Numbered from the stretch's first letter, positions 1-9,621 are shown. The stretch is DNA of 64,000 bases from Patescibacteria group bacterium (GCA_016784445.1 JADHUR010000001.1:19464-83463); one strand, 5' to 3'. The notes: generated from the letters alone by a model not told the origin. Translations and numbers: made by a program.

Positions 1-1143
1 TACAAGATATTTACTTAATTGATGACTCTGTGATTGCCATATAGTAAATATTGATCTGTATTCTGCTGGTATAATATTTAAGTTTACTTTATCTATCTTA
101 GCAGCCACCGTTGAATAGAGATCATTAATTTCATTAATATTTACAGATAATACTATTAATTTATCTGCTAGTGACATATTCTCATCACTGGTAAGTGAAG
201 CAATTGTATTAAGTTTCACGCTAATCTCTGACATCACAGCTCCTATTGCTACAAGATTAAGTCCAGAACCCACTTCAGTGCTATCTAGTGATATCCAAGC
301 TGGAACTTTATCTAATGTATTTGAATAGGAAGCAAGCATTGCTTGAGCACTTGCAAAACTAAATGATGCTTCAGTAAAACTTCCTTCTGCACCCGCCCAA
401 TCTCCTTGCATCATACTGTCTAGGCCCACCTGCCAAGTCCTAGCCGCCTCTTCACTAATACCCATTACTCTACCTTGAACAGTTTTAGCATTATTATATA
501 GTCCAAATCCAAAGTATGGGAGCATTAACATAACTGCAACTATAATAAAAACTAATAAACTACGACTATATTTTAAAACTAAAGAATCTGTTAATAGTTT
601 TCTACTAGATAATATACCATTTCCAATAGACTTTATTCCATAAGCAGATTTTTTGCCCATTGAAATAATAAAATAATTTATAGTAATAAGTGCCAGCTTC
701 AATAATCTAAAAAAACTATATATTAATTGAACAATAGATAATCTATATATATTTGGAAATTCAAAAGAGAATTTAGGCCTTTTAAAGCTAGCTATTTTTT
801 TTAATTTTACTAAAACATTTACGGGCTTCATTGAATCCAGAACAGGCACTTTAGATTTAACAGGTATTGGTGCTACTTCTTCAAGTTCTTTCTGTTTTAA
901 TTTCTTATCCTGAAGATTAAGTAAATGTGGCGAGTGGGTGAAGATTAATTTCTTTTTATGATTAACAAAAAAAGAATCATTAGACTCTGACTGATGAATT
1001 AATCTATCTAGCTCATAATGTGCAAGAACTTTCTTCTTAGCAACAGATGATAGCTCCTCTGCTATTTCTTCATCACCGATACCAAAATCATTATCTATAT
1101 CTAGATCTTTATGTTTTTTCTTAATTTGTTTTTTCTTGACCAT
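1..1143 (-). CDS. hypothetical protein, partial (start codon at 1141-1143, runs off the window at base 1); hydrophobic segments
   Basis: Hand translation of the minus strand from the ATG at 1143 gives a continuous frame (MVKKKQIKKKHKDLDIDNDFGIGDEEIAEEL...) with no stop before position 1. It is absent from the ORF track, presumably because it is incomplete. Confidence 0.45.
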   Translation of the reverse strand, partial: MVKKKQIKKKHKDLDIDNDFGIGDEEIAEELSSVAKKKVLAHYELDRLIHQSESNDSFFVNHKKKLIFTHSPHLLNLQDKKLKQKELEEVAPIPVKSKVPVLDSMKPVNVLVKLKKIASFKRPKFSFEFPNIYRLSIVQLIYSFFRLLKLALITINYFIISMGKKSAYGIKSIGNGILSSRKLLTDSLVLKYSRSLLVFIIVAVMLMLPYFGFGLYNNAKTVQGRVMGISEEAARTWQVGLDSMMQGDWAGAEGSFTEASFSFASAQAMLASYSNTLDKVPAWISLDSTEVGSGLNLVAIGAVMSEISVKLNTIASLTSDENMSLADKLIVLSVNINEINDLYSTVAAKIDKVNLNIIPAEYRSIFTIWQSQSHQLSKYLV

Positions 1144-1144
1144 T

Positions 1145-2398
1145 TTATGGATTTATATCCAATGTAATAATAATATCTTCGATATCTCCACTAGCTCTTA
1201 ATACAGATAATGTTACTGTACTACCAAGTGGATATTCTTGTAATAGTCTATTTAAGCTTGAACCAGATTCTATAAGTTGATCATTAACTTTTAAAATAAT
1301 ATCTCCACTTACAATCTTAGCTCTGGCTGCTGCTCCATCTTCTACAATCGCATCAATTCCTAACTCTTCATTACCATAAATAAGTGCTCCCTTATTATAT
1401 CCCTGATGAAGATTTGCTGGCAGACCAACTACTTCCGCAAGGTCTATATAATTAGCTCCTAAACTATTATGATTAACCATTGCCTCACTGCTTAGAAAAT
1501 TTCTAACTGTAATCTGAATATTTAAACCACTGAGTGCCATATTATCACCTATAAGTATTCCAATAACATCTCCATTACTATTGGCAAGTGGTGATCCAAT
1601 AAATTCCTGCCCCACGCTATCTTTAATAACTAAATTTAAATCATTTTTATCTGTGCTATGCAGGAAATTATAACTATCTTCAATTAATGTAAAGTCCTTT
1701 GCAATAAGCTTAGTGTGTAACTGAAAAGGCTTATTAAATTTCAAAGTATTTCTAAGTACAAGTAAATTATCTCCAAACTTTACACTATCTGCAGTTCTAA
1801 TTGTAATTGGATTTAAATCTGATTTATCTATCTTCAAAAAAACGAGACCATTATAGCTATCAACTACAAATTCAACGACTTCAAAACCTTGCCTATCATT
1901 AGTAATTATTAAATAATCTTCATTAACATCAGTAATTACTGAATCTGTGGTCACTATCCAACCATCACTAGTTACAATTAGACCATTACCCTGCAAATTA
2001 TCATCTGTATATAATGCATCCCATTCATCTGCAGATGCTGAGTAATTATTAGTATAAATAAGAACAGTTTGATTGCTTAGATTTTGAGTTGTAATATTAT
2101 CAAAACTATTCTTTATATTATCATTTTGCTGGGCCGCAAGATCTAAAATCTCACTAATGCCTGGCCCTGTACTTACATCTGTATAAAGCCAATTTGGCTG
2201 CATCTTAATTTGCCACCAAGAACCAAAAAATCCAGCCATAAGACCAAATAATAAAGAGACAATGACTACTGCTGTCCAATTTAATGCTTGCTGAGGCAAT
2301 CTTATTTCATCTTCTTGTAAATAGATTTCCTTAATTGTTTCTGCTCTTGAATTGTCTGCTTTAGTAGCTTTTGGTTTAGGTTTTTTCTTTAAACTCAT
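1145..2398 (-). CDS. HtrA/DegP-like trypsin-fold serine protease with a C-terminal PDZ domain and an N-terminal TM anchor
   Basis: There is an N-terminal TM helix. The segment EFIGSPLANSNGDVIGILIGDNM resembles the DegP active-site region GNSGGALVNLNGELIGINTA, although the GNSGG box is shortened. The C-terminus is PDZ-like. Confidence 0.55.
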   Translation of the reverse strand: MSLKKKPKPKATKADNSRAETIKEIYLQEDEIRLPQQALNWTAVVIVSLLFGLMAGFFGSWWQIKMQPNWLYTDVSTGPGISEILDLAAQQNDNIKNSFDNITTQNLSNQTVLIYTNNYSASADEWDALYTDDNLQGNGLIVTSDGWIVTTDSVITDVNEDYLIITNDRQGFEVVEFVVDSYNGLVFLKIDKSDLNPITIRTADSVKFGDNLLVLRNTLKFNKPFQLHTKLIAKDFTLIEDSYNFLHSTDKNDLNLVIKDSVGQEFIGSPLANSNGDVIGILIGDNMALSGLNIQITVRNFLSSEAMVNHNSLGANYIDLAEVVGLPANLHQGYNKGALIYGNEELGIDAIVEDGAAARAKIVSGDIILKVNDQLIESGSSLNRLLQEYPLGSTVTLSVLRASGDIEDIIITLDINP

Positions 2399-3086
2399 AT
2401 TGCTTTGTTATTTTATGAAATTGCTTATTAATAATATATTTAAATAATATAAATAAATTTGCAGCTACTATTAAACCTTTTAAGTACAGATCTACCGGTA
2501 AATAATAAAGTATATAGAAGACTTCCATTGTTAAGATAATAACTGCTATATCTACAAATATATAATCCATTTTATGTTTATACCCTTGAAGTCTTAATAG
2601 TAATAATGCAATAAGTATAATCATCACAAGGGATACAAACCATAATGCCCAGTTTAGATATAGTACAAAGTTATAGCCAATCACTGACATAAAAAATACT
2701 AAAGCAACTATTAATACCATTTGCAAATTCGTATTAAAATCAAAGGTCTTACCAAGAAAGGGATGATGTCTATCAAATGCTTCATTTAAAATTAAATAAA
2801 GCATTATTGCAAAGAATATTATCATAATTACAAATAAATAATTCTTTGGTAGAAATACAAGGAAAGATAAACCAATAACTTGTGTAAGTAATGGATATAT
2901 CATTTCATATAAAAATACTTTCACATCTCCTGCTTGCCTCGTAATTGAAAATATACTAATAGCAAGAAGTATAATTACAAATCCGCTGCCATAATAAACC
3001 CAATTACTATGAATAAGCCAAGATAAAGCTACAAGAAAATATATTAAAGGAACAAGATATGTAGATAAACGACTCAGTAATACCAT
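2376..3086 (-). CDS. polytopic integral membrane protein, unknown function
   Basis: At least six hydrophobic helices over 236 aa; no recognisable catalytic motif. Confidence 0.4.
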   Translation of the reverse strand: MVLLSRLSTYLVPLIYFLVALSWLIHSNWVYYGSGFVIILLAISIFSITRQAGDVKVFLYEMIYPLLTQVIGLSFLVFLPKNYLFVIMIIFFAIMLYLILNEAFDRHHPFLGKTFDFNTNLQMVLIVALVFFMSVIGYNFVLYLNWALWFVSLVMIILIALLLLRLQGYKHKMDYIFVDIAVIILTMEVFYILYYLPVDLYLKGLIVAANLFILFKYIINKQFHKITKQYEFKEKT

Positions 3087-3088
3087 TC

Positions 3089-3523
3089 CTATTCAACTAG
3101 GAAATTAAATCTACTAAATAGCCAAATATGCTCAGATTGAAGCTCTTTATAAATACCAATCGCTTCTTCTCTATAACCATTTAAATCTCTACTGAATGCT
3201 AAGACCAATTTTAAATGTAAGTCTTTCATATCAGCTGGTATATGAGCTATGCTCAAAATTTTCTCCCTTATCTCTTTTATGGCATCATCTCTAGTTAAGG
3301 ACTGTAATGCAATCTCTTGCTGATACTCATACAAAATATTACTTAAATCATCTTGATAAGTTTCAAGCATTTCAGTAGGACTTAAAATAACTTTATTATC
3401 TGGAATATTTACAGATAAATTAGCTGGATCATCATAGCTATCATTTTCACCAATAATAATAAAAACTAATACTCCTGTAAGTACTACTAAAATTAGAAAA
3501 AAAGTAAATTTTGTTTTACGCAT
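3089..3523 (-). CDS. hypothetical protein with N-terminal TM anchor
   Basis: An ORF with a single N-terminal hydrophobic helix, tightly packed between its neighbours. Confidence 0.35.
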   Translation of the reverse strand: MRKTKFTFFLILVVLTGVLVFIIIGENDSYDDPANLSVNIPDNKVILSPTEMLETYQDDLSNILYEYQQEIALQSLTRDDAIKEIREKILSIAHIPADMKDLHLKLVLAFSRDLNGYREEAIGIYKELQSEHIWLFSRFNFLVE

Positions 3524-3526
3524 AAT

Positions 3527-4267
3527 TTATTGTTTTTTAGTAAATCCCTCAAATGCTCTTAATACTTCAAGAGGCATTGCAAATATAACCGTATTAGATT
3601 GATCAGAGGATAAATCATTAATAGACTGTAATGTTCTTAAATGAAGTGCTCCTGGAGACTTGCCTAATATATCTGCTGCTGCTCCCATATTATCTGCTGC
3701 AATTTTTTCACCTTCTGCTTTAATAATAACTGCTCTCTTTTCTCTCTCTGCTTCTGCTTGCTTTGCAATTGTTCTCTTCATGTCTTCCGGTAAGGAAATA
3801 TCTTTAAGTTCAACATTATCTACCTGTATACCCCAAGGATCAGTTGCTTTATCTACTGCAATCTTAATTCTGTCAGATATTTCATCTCTATTAGATAATA
3901 ATTCATCTAAATCTACTTCACCCACTGTATTTCTCATAGTAGTTTGTGCAAGTTGAGTTATTGCATAATAGAAATTCTCTACCTCAATAATAGCTTTTGC
4001 CGCATCAGATACTTTATAATAAATAACGGCATTAATTTGTGCAGAAATATTATCCTTTGTAATTGTCTCTTGATCCGGAACATCAACAGCTTTTACACGA
4101 ACATCAACTTTTTTCATGGATTGAAAAATTGGTAATACAATTCTCCAACCTGGTTGCATAGTTCCTGAATATTTACCTAAAGTAAACTTAACTCCTCTTT
4201 CATACTGATTGATCTGACGAATACTAATCAGAATAATAAATACTATAATTCCAATAATGTAATACAT
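3527..4267 (-). CDS. SPFH/band-7 (stomatin/prohibitin-like) membrane protein
   Basis: N-terminal TM followed by the typical SPFH core (ERGVKFTLGKY...VDVPDQETITKDN...QTTMRNTVGEVDLDELLSNRDEISDRI) and a C-terminal coiled-coil AKQAEAEREKRA. Confidence 0.85.
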   Translation of the reverse strand: MYYIIGIIVFIILISIRQINQYERGVKFTLGKYSGTMQPGWRIVLPIFQSMKKVDVRVKAVDVPDQETITKDNISAQINAVIYYKVSDAAKAIIEVENFYYAITQLAQTTMRNTVGEVDLDELLSNRDEISDRIKIAVDKATDPWGIQVDNVELKDISLPEDMKRTIAKQAEAEREKRAVIIKAEGEKIAADNMGAAADILGKSPGALHLRTLQSINDLSSDQSNTVIFAMPLEVLRAFEGFTKKQ

Positions 4268-4285
4268 AATTCTACTTATTAATAT

Positions 4286-4633
4286 TTAAGCGAAAGCGGC
4301 AGCATCAATTCCCTCCCATTTTTGTTCTGCTGCATTCCATTTATATGCGTTTAAATTACAACTCACTTCATCCTCTGAATAGACATAGTCCACCTTTACA
4401 TCAGACCCTATTCTATTACTAAAACTAGTCTTTTTATCAAGTATCCTAGGTTTAATAACAAACTCTAGTTTCATCAACCCCATAGGACCCTCAAATTCAA
4501 TAATCTCTACCTTGCCAATACCATCAATACCCTCCTTTTCAGACTCATTCTGAATATCAAATTTCTCTTTTGCCATTAACTTTATTTGCTCCCATTTTTC
4601 TAAATTCATAGGCATTTTAAAAAGATTAAGCAC
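4286..4633 (-). CDS. hypothetical soluble protein
   Basis: ORF only; it sits downstream of the SPFH gene but is not NfeD-like (no TM segment). Confidence 0.35.
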   Translation of the reverse strand: MLNLFKMPMNLEKWEQIKLMAKEKFDIQNESEKEGIDGIGKVEIIEFEGPMGLMKLEFVIKPRILDKKTSFSNRIGSDVKVDYVYSEDEVSCNLNAYKWNAAEQKWEGIDAAAFA

Positions 4634-4727
4634 AATTATTATACCACTTTTACCTATTTATTGACAACGATACCTCAACATGGTTAGATTAAGTACTGAT
4701 CGTTAATATTTAACAAGGGAGGCTAAA

Positions 4728-4952
4728 ATGACCAGATTATTTTATGAGGACATTATAGCCCTCATCAAAACACAAATTGAACATGGACTTTCCATAGTTC
4801 AAGTTGAAAAATTAGGTAATATTCTTTCTGTAGAAGCTACTTCTGTAAATAAAGAAAATATACTATCTTTGTTGCAGGAGATTATAGATAATAAAGCTCC
4901 TGAAGATATTTCTGTCTATTTAAAAAAATTACAAAAGAAAATTGGAGGATAA
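4728..4952 (+). CDS. small hypothetical protein
   Basis: Strong SD GGGAGG upstream of the ATG; 74 aa. Confidence 0.4.
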   Translation: MTRLFYEDIIALIKTQIEHGLSIVQVEKLGNILSVEATSVNKENILSLLQEIIDNKAPEDISVYLKKLQKKIGG

Positions 4953-5202
4953 AATGTCAAAACAAAAACCAACCGCTCATCAAGTAATCCTAGGTAAAAT
5001 TCAAAATGCTGCAAAATCAGCAATGCATTTACCGGAATTTGAAAAAGATTTAAAATTGCTTTGTTCAATTCTGCATGAAATGCATATTCCAAAACAAGCT
5101 GTTCCCAATGTTTGTTTTAATAAAACTTGGAGAACTCTACAGTCAGTATCCGGAAACATCAACTCCTGGAAAATGTATTATGGATCTTATCCTGGATATT
5201 GA
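4942..5202 (+). CDS. small hypothetical protein
   Basis: SD GGAGGA upstream. An intrinsic terminator hairpin follows (accgttgata/tatcagcggt plus a T-run, about 5228-5256). Confidence 0.4.
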   Translation: MEDKMSKQKPTAHQVILGKIQNAAKSAMHLPEFEKDLKLLCSILHEMHIPKQAVPNVCFNKTWRTLQSVSGNINSWKMYYGSYPGY

Positions 5203-5422
5203 AAACAGGAAATAAAAAATTTAAAAAAAGACCGTTGATAATTATCAGCGGTTTTATTTTTATAATAATATTAACTTAATAAAACGACCCACAAACCTAC
5301 ATAATTAGTAATAATAACCACAACAGCTATAAGCAAATGTTCAAGAGCAATATGCCATGGTTTATTACCCTACTCTTTAGCTATATAGAAACTAAATCCT
5401 TTTTTAATAGATGTACTCATAT

Positions 5423-5842
5423 CTATATAATTTGTTTTAAGAACTCATCAATATATTTAACAGCCTCTTCATAACTCTCATAATCCTTTGTTTTAACATC
5501 CTTACAGCCTCTTACCATAGCAGACAGACGAGTACCTTTTTGCTCCCTATACAGACACAATACTTTCTTTTTATCCATCACTGCTCTACCAATTTCATAA
5601 CCGACACCTAATGAGGGGGTTGTAACTTCTGCTACCATAACATCCGCTTCAAGTAGCCAATTCATATCTCTATTATGTATAAACTCTTCTGTCTTATCTT
5701 TCTCACCCTTTTGTGTTAAATTTCTTTCACCAATATGCTCAGTTAATACTCCACCATATTTCTTTAAATAATTAATTAACTTAATGTATAGATCTACATC
5801 ATTTCTTCCTCCACGAATTGCTCCTGCAAAGTATATTTTCAT
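5423..5842 (-). CDS. 2'-deoxynucleoside 5'-phosphate N-hydrolase (DNPH1/Rcl family; nucleoside 2-deoxyribosyltransferase fold)
   Basis: YFAGAIRGGRNDVDLY...GGVLTEHIG...IHNRDMNWLLEADVMVAEVTTPSLGVGYEIGRAV...KVLCLYREQKGTRLSAMVRG aligns nearly block for block with mammalian Rcl/DNPH1 (YFCGSIRGGREDRTLY...PSLGVGYELGRAV...LSAMIRG). Confidence 0.8.
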   Translation of the reverse strand: MKIYFAGAIRGGRNDVDLYIKLINYLKKYGGVLTEHIGERNLTQKGEKDKTEEFIHNRDMNWLLEADVMVAEVTTPSLGVGYEIGRAVMDKKKVLCLYREQKGTRLSAMVRGCKDVKTKDYESYEEAVKYIDEFLKQII

Positions 5843-5847
5843 ATGAT

Positions 5848-6249
5848 TTATTTAATATTTTTTAAATCTCCTTTTAAAATAATAGGTTTCATAGCCTCTA
5901 TCTCATCACTGTATCCAAGATCTGGTACGGGATTCAATATAAATATCTTCTTATCTAAAACATAAGCAAATGCCATCTCAATCAATGTATTACCACCAAC
6001 ATAATTACTAACTCCATGTTTATCTAAATTAATAACTAATATTGCGTCTGCTTTCTTAATTTCTTCAAAATAGACCTTAAATGGATCAATTTCCATTTTT
6101 CGCCATTTATCCTCATCTACTATTTCACCTGAAGCATGTTGTTCAACATCATCTTGAATTATTACTTCATGACCTAATTTCTCCATATCTTCTTTAGCCT
6201 TAATCATTTCCTTTGCAAAGGCCATACTACTACAAATTGCTATTTTCAT
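5848..6249 (-). CDS. nucleoside 2-deoxyribosyltransferase-like fold protein (second paralogous fold)
   Basis: MKIAICSSMAF...ADAILVINLDKHGVSNYVGGNTLIEMAFAYVLDKKIFIL matches the NDT/Rcl motif D..GT.FE.GYA.A.gKP with the catalytic Glu retained. Confidence 0.55.
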   Translation of the reverse strand: MKIAICSSMAFAKEMIKAKEDMEKLGHEVIIQDDVEQHASGEIVDEDKWRKMEIDPFKVYFEEIKKADAILVINLDKHGVSNYVGGNTLIEMAFAYVLDKKIFILNPVPDLGYSDEIEAMKPIILKGDLKNIK

Positions 6250-6253
6250 ATTT

Positions 6254-6706
6254 TTAGTAAATTACTTCATTATTATCTAAATCTCTAAACATTCTCTTAA
6301 TCTTAGTTTTTAACATAACCCCACCCTTATTGTTCATAAAATCCTCAATACCTACTCTATGGCGTAATAATGTATTTAATGGTAGATTCTCTGGTGAAAA
6401 ATATTCAACTTTATCTGCTTCATCTGTTGTTATTAATTTACCACCAACAACCTCACACTCAAAATCAAAACTTATATCTTCAGCATTAGGCTTTGAATAG
6501 ACATTCACCAGCTTCTTAACCTTAACATCTAGGCCCGTCTCCTCTTTAACTTCTCTTACCACCGCATCCCAGGGTGACTCTCCCTTTTCCATGCGTCCAC
6601 CTGGCAAATTCCATTTCATTAAATCATCTCTATGGCAAAGTAAAACTTTACCTTCTTTGTTAGGAATTATAGCAAATCCACCTATTGTTACTTTATTACT
6701 TTTCAT
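6254..6706 (-). CDS. NUDIX hydrolase
   Basis: Canonical Nudix box GGRMEKGESPWDAVVREVKEETGL (GX5EX7REUXEEXGU). Confidence 0.85.
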   Translation of the reverse strand: MKSNKVTIGGFAIIPNKEGKVLLCHRDDLMKWNLPGGRMEKGESPWDAVVREVKEETGLDVKVKKLVNVYSKPNAEDISFDFECEVVGGKLITTDEADKVEYFSPENLPLNTLLRHRVGIEDFMNNKGGVMLKTKIKRMFRDLDNNEVIY

Positions 6707-6708
6707 GA

Positions 6709-6867
6709 TTAGCTCATGAACTTTCCACGACTAAAACCTAAAACACTACCGCAATGAGGACAAGAATACATTATCTCTTGTTTAATAAACCCCACTCCTT
6801 TAGTTTCTCTCTGAACTGTTTCTAATTTTATTTCCCCTTTACAATGGGGACATTTTGAAGGACTCAT
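6709..6867 (-). CDS. small zinc-ribbon protein (about 52 aa)
   Basis: Hand translation gives MSPSKCPHCKGEIKLETVQRETKGVGFIKQEIMYSCPHCGSVLGFSRGKFMS, with two CxxC pairs. It fills the gap between the NUDIX and MazG genes exactly and is below the ORF-track size cut-off. Confidence 0.4.
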   Translation of the reverse strand: MSPSKCPHCKGEIKLETVQRETKGVGFIKQEIMYSCPHCGSVLGFSRGKFMS

Positions 6868-6877
6868 ATGTTTTAAA

Positions 6878-7138
6878 TTATCTATCTTTATTCTTATTTA
6901 ATTTATGTAAAAATACTTCCTCTAAATCTAGCTTATTTATCCAACATAATTTATTTAATTGCCATAATACATCTGCAATCTCATCTTTAAGCTCTTCTCG
7001 ATCATCTTCGCGAATAGCTTCACAAACCTCCCCGACCTCTTCAACTAAATGCAATACAACTTCAGTCTCATCTTTTGGTAAACAATCTTTAATTGTCATC
7101 TGCTCCATTTGAGCAGCTTGTAATTCTGATAGGTTCAT
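6878..7138 (-). CDS. MazG-like nucleotide pyrophosphohydrolase (small all-alpha NTP-PPase)
   Basis: LVEEVGEVCEAIRE...ELKDEIADVLWQL matches the MazG EExxE...DExaDvL signature. Confidence 0.75.
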   Translation of the reverse strand: MNLSELQAAQMEQMTIKDCLPKDETEVVLHLVEEVGEVCEAIREDDREELKDEIADVLWQLNKLCWINKLDLEEVFLHKLNKNKDR

Positions 7139-7139
7139 A

Positions 7140-7478
7140 TTATTTATCTACTTTTTTAATTCTCTTAATTACAGCATCTTGAAATATTCGAAAAGCATGT
7201 CGTTTTTCTTTCACATAAATATAAGGCATGCCTATGATGAAACCACACTTATTACATTTTAAAACCTTCACATCTTTTATATTCTTCTTTTGTAAATCAA
7301 CTAATTTATCTGGACTCAATATTCTATCCATATACATTCTTCGCAAATTTCCAGGACCATCCTTTTGATACACAGCTACAATATTCTCACACTTACGGCA
7401 CATAATATTAAGTAAACGAGAATATCCACCCCTCGCCGATTTATACTTATCTTTCTTTATTGCTATCGATTTTTTCAT
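7140..7478 (-). CDS. zinc-ribbon protein, unknown function
   Basis: CRKCEN ... CNKCG is a C4 pattern; the protein is basic. It is tightly packed between the MazG-like gene and rarA. Confidence 0.4.
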   Translation of the reverse strand: MKKSIAIKKDKYKSARGGYSRLLNIMCRKCENIVAVYQKDGPGNLRRMYMDRILSPDKLVDLQKKNIKDVKVLKCNKCGFIIGMPYIYVKEKRHAFRIFQDAVIKRIKKVDK

Positions 7479-7482
7479 AGCT

Positions 7483-8724
7483 TTAATCTAAATATTTTTT
7501 ATTCTTAAGCTTCTCCGGTAAATATGTCTGATCTTCTTTATAATCATGATCTGGAGAATATTTATAACCATCACCATAACCTAAGTTTTTCATAAGCTTT
7601 GTAGGCGCATTACGAATATGTAATGGTACTGGCAAATGCATAGTAGCTTTAACATCTTGTTTAACCTTATTATATGCTCTATACAATTCATTACTCTTCT
7701 TACATTTTGCCATATATACAACAGCTTGCGCAAGGGCTAGTTCACACTCAGGCATTCCAATATTATGACAGGCATTATGAGCTGTTACTGCTTGAACAAG
7801 TGCTTGTGAATTAGCCAGGCCAATATCTTCTGATGCAAATCTAATTAATCTCCTGGCTACATATAATGGATTCTCACCAGCCTCTAGCATTCTACTAAGC
7901 CAATATAAAGAAGCATCAGCATCTGAACCACGCATACTCTTATGCAGGGCGGATATAATATTATAATGCTGCTCTCCATCTTTATCATAATATAGATTAC
8001 TATTCTGTATAGCTTGCTCAAAATCGTCTTTAATAATGCTATGTGGTCCTTTTCCCTTAGACTTAGTTAAAACTGCAAACTCGAGTGCATTTAAGGCCAC
8101 ACGGGCATCTCCAGATGCTAGACTAGCTAAATATTTAAGATCTTTTAACTTAATATTCATATCATGCTTTCCTAAGCCATTAACCTTATCTTTTAAAGCT
8201 TTCTTTAATATCTTTACAATATCTTCAATCTGCAGGGGTTCTAATACAAAAACCCTACAACGAGAAAGTAAAGCAGAAATAACTTCAAAGGACGGATTCT
8301 CTGTAGTTGCTCCAATTAAAGTAATTATTCCCCTTTCCACATATGGTAAAAGACCGTCCTGCTGCGCTTTAGTCCAACGATGTATTTCATCTATAAAAAG
8401 TATAGTTTTCTTCTGATGATGCTTTAAATTATCCTGAGCATTAGCAATAACCTGCTGCAAATCTTTCTTACCACTTGAAACAGCAGATAATTGTATAAAT
8501 TCTGAATTTGTCTTATTAGCAATAATAGCAGCCAGTGTTGTTTTACCAGTACCTGGTGGTCCCCAGAATATCATAGATGGTAATTGATCATTAGCAATTG
8601 CTTGCCTTAATATTTTATCCTTAGCTACAATATCTTTTTGACCAAAAAACTGCGTCCAATCATTAGCCCGCATTCTATCTGCCAGTGGTCTTGCTTTTAA
8701 TAAATTGTTATCAAATAAATCCAT
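7483..8724 (-). CDS. rarA: replication-associated recombination protein A (AAA+ ATPase RarA/MgsA)
   Basis: Walker A GPPGTGKTT, Walker B ILFIDEIHR, sensor LLSRCRVF, and the RarA C-terminal helical domain. Confidence 0.9.
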   Translation of the reverse strand: MDLFDNNLLKARPLADRMRANDWTQFFGQKDIVAKDKILRQAIANDQLPSMIFWGPPGTGKTTLAAIIANKTNSEFIQLSAVSSGKKDLQQVIANAQDNLKHHQKKTILFIDEIHRWTKAQQDGLLPYVERGIITLIGATTENPSFEVISALLSRCRVFVLEPLQIEDIVKILKKALKDKVNGLGKHDMNIKLKDLKYLASLASGDARVALNALEFAVLTKSKGKGPHSIIKDDFEQAIQNSNLYYDKDGEQHYNIISALHKSMRGSDADASLYWLSRMLEAGENPLYVARRLIRFASEDIGLANSQALVQAVTAHNACHNIGMPECELALAQAVVYMAKCKKSNELYRAYNKVKQDVKATMHLPVPLHIRNAPTKLMKNLGYGDGYKYSPDHDYKEDQTYLPEKLKNKKYLD

Positions 8725-8783
8725 ATATCTTTAATTATCGTAGCACAAACATAAAAAAAGTACTATAATATTATTAGGAGGTA

Positions 8784-9176
8784 ATGAACCTTAATAATGG
8801 AGGTGTTATCATGTTACAATTAGTTGGTACAGATCCATTTTTTATGTCTATTGACGAGTTTGATGAGGTAGCAATGAAAGGACTGGATTCATTTCAATCT
8901 GGATTGCTTAAATTAGCGGGCTTTGTCCCTATTCATGAACTGGATCAAGGATCGCAAGATGGCTGGAATTTATTTCAGTCTGCACTACGCAAATCTGCTT
9001 CAAGTTTGCCAAATTTCAGTATTGATGGACGTATGGCCGAGCGCCATACAGTACGTTTTTCTGAATTGTTCAACGATAGACCACTGGGCATTACATTAGA
9101 ACAACAACAGTCAGCTGTTGCTGAACTTATGATATGCTTAGATCCAAAAATTGCATTACAAATAACGCAAGGCTAG
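8784..9176 (+). CDS. hypothetical protein (GC-richer stand-alone gene)
   Basis: AGGAGG SD upstream and a terminator hairpin downstream; no recognisable motif. Confidence 0.45.
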   Translation: MNLNNGGVIMLQLVGTDPFFMSIDEFDEVAMKGLDSFQSGLLKLAGFVPIHELDQGSQDGWNLFQSALRKSASSLPNFSIDGRMAERHTVRFSELFNDRPLGITLEQQQSAVAELMICLDPKIALQITQG

Positions 9177-9203
9177 GAGTTTCAATTGAAACATGAAATC
9201 ATT

Positions 9204-9245
9204 CCCCTTAACTAAAGTTTAATACTAAAGTTAGGGGGTTTTTGT
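9204..9245 (+). terminator. intrinsic terminator (stem ccccttaact/agttaggggg plus a T-run)
   Basis: A hairpin of about 10 bp with one G-U pair, followed by TTTTTGTT directly after the 8784..9176 stop. Confidence 0.5.
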
Positions 9246-9261
9246 TATCTTTTACAACCCC

Positions 9262-9290
9262 TTGACAAATCATTAAAAGTATGCTATCAT
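9262..9290 (+). promoter_or_regulatory. sigma70-like promoter TTGACA-N17-TATCAT
   Basis: ttgaca at 9262-9267, a 17-nt spacer, and tatcat at 9285-9290, about 60 nt upstream of the 9353 start. Confidence 0.5.
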
Positions 9291-9352
9291 ACTAAGTATT
9301 GATGGTAAATTGACATTAAAATAAACAATAAATAACAACAAGGAGGCATTAT

Positions 9353-9601
9353 ATGCTTCGATGTAATCACGCCAATTGTGGCGCTAAAAAGGGTGACTGT
9401 TCACCATATCAGGCTGGAGATGTATGTCCCAATGGACATTCAATAACAACAGCTGATCTGGCTAAGGCTGAACCCCATTCAGTCGAGACACAATCTCCCA
9501 CTACATTTGGGGTACACTGTCCAAAATGTGGACACCCTAATGATGATGGTACTCAACGCCAAAGGGGCGATGAGTGCTCAAATTGTCATGAGATTCTTTA
9601 A
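9353..9601 (+). CDS. small Cys/His-rich zinc-ribbon protein
   Basis: AAGGAGG SD; CNHANCG...CPNGH...HCPKCGH...CSNCH; the gene is GC-rich. Confidence 0.45.
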   Translation: MLRCNHANCGAKKGDCSPYQAGDVCPNGHSITTADLAKAEPHSVETQSPTTFGVHCPKCGHPNDDGTQRQRGDECSNCHEIL

Positions 9602-9621
9602 AAGGATTCTCAAAAAAAATT

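Noticed and set aside
3660-4135. Two plus-strand ORFs (98 aa and 63 aa)
   Set aside because: They are antisense to the SPFH gene, which is a much better supported reading.
8036-8416. 126-aa plus-strand ORF
   Set aside because: It lies entirely inside rarA on the opposite strand.
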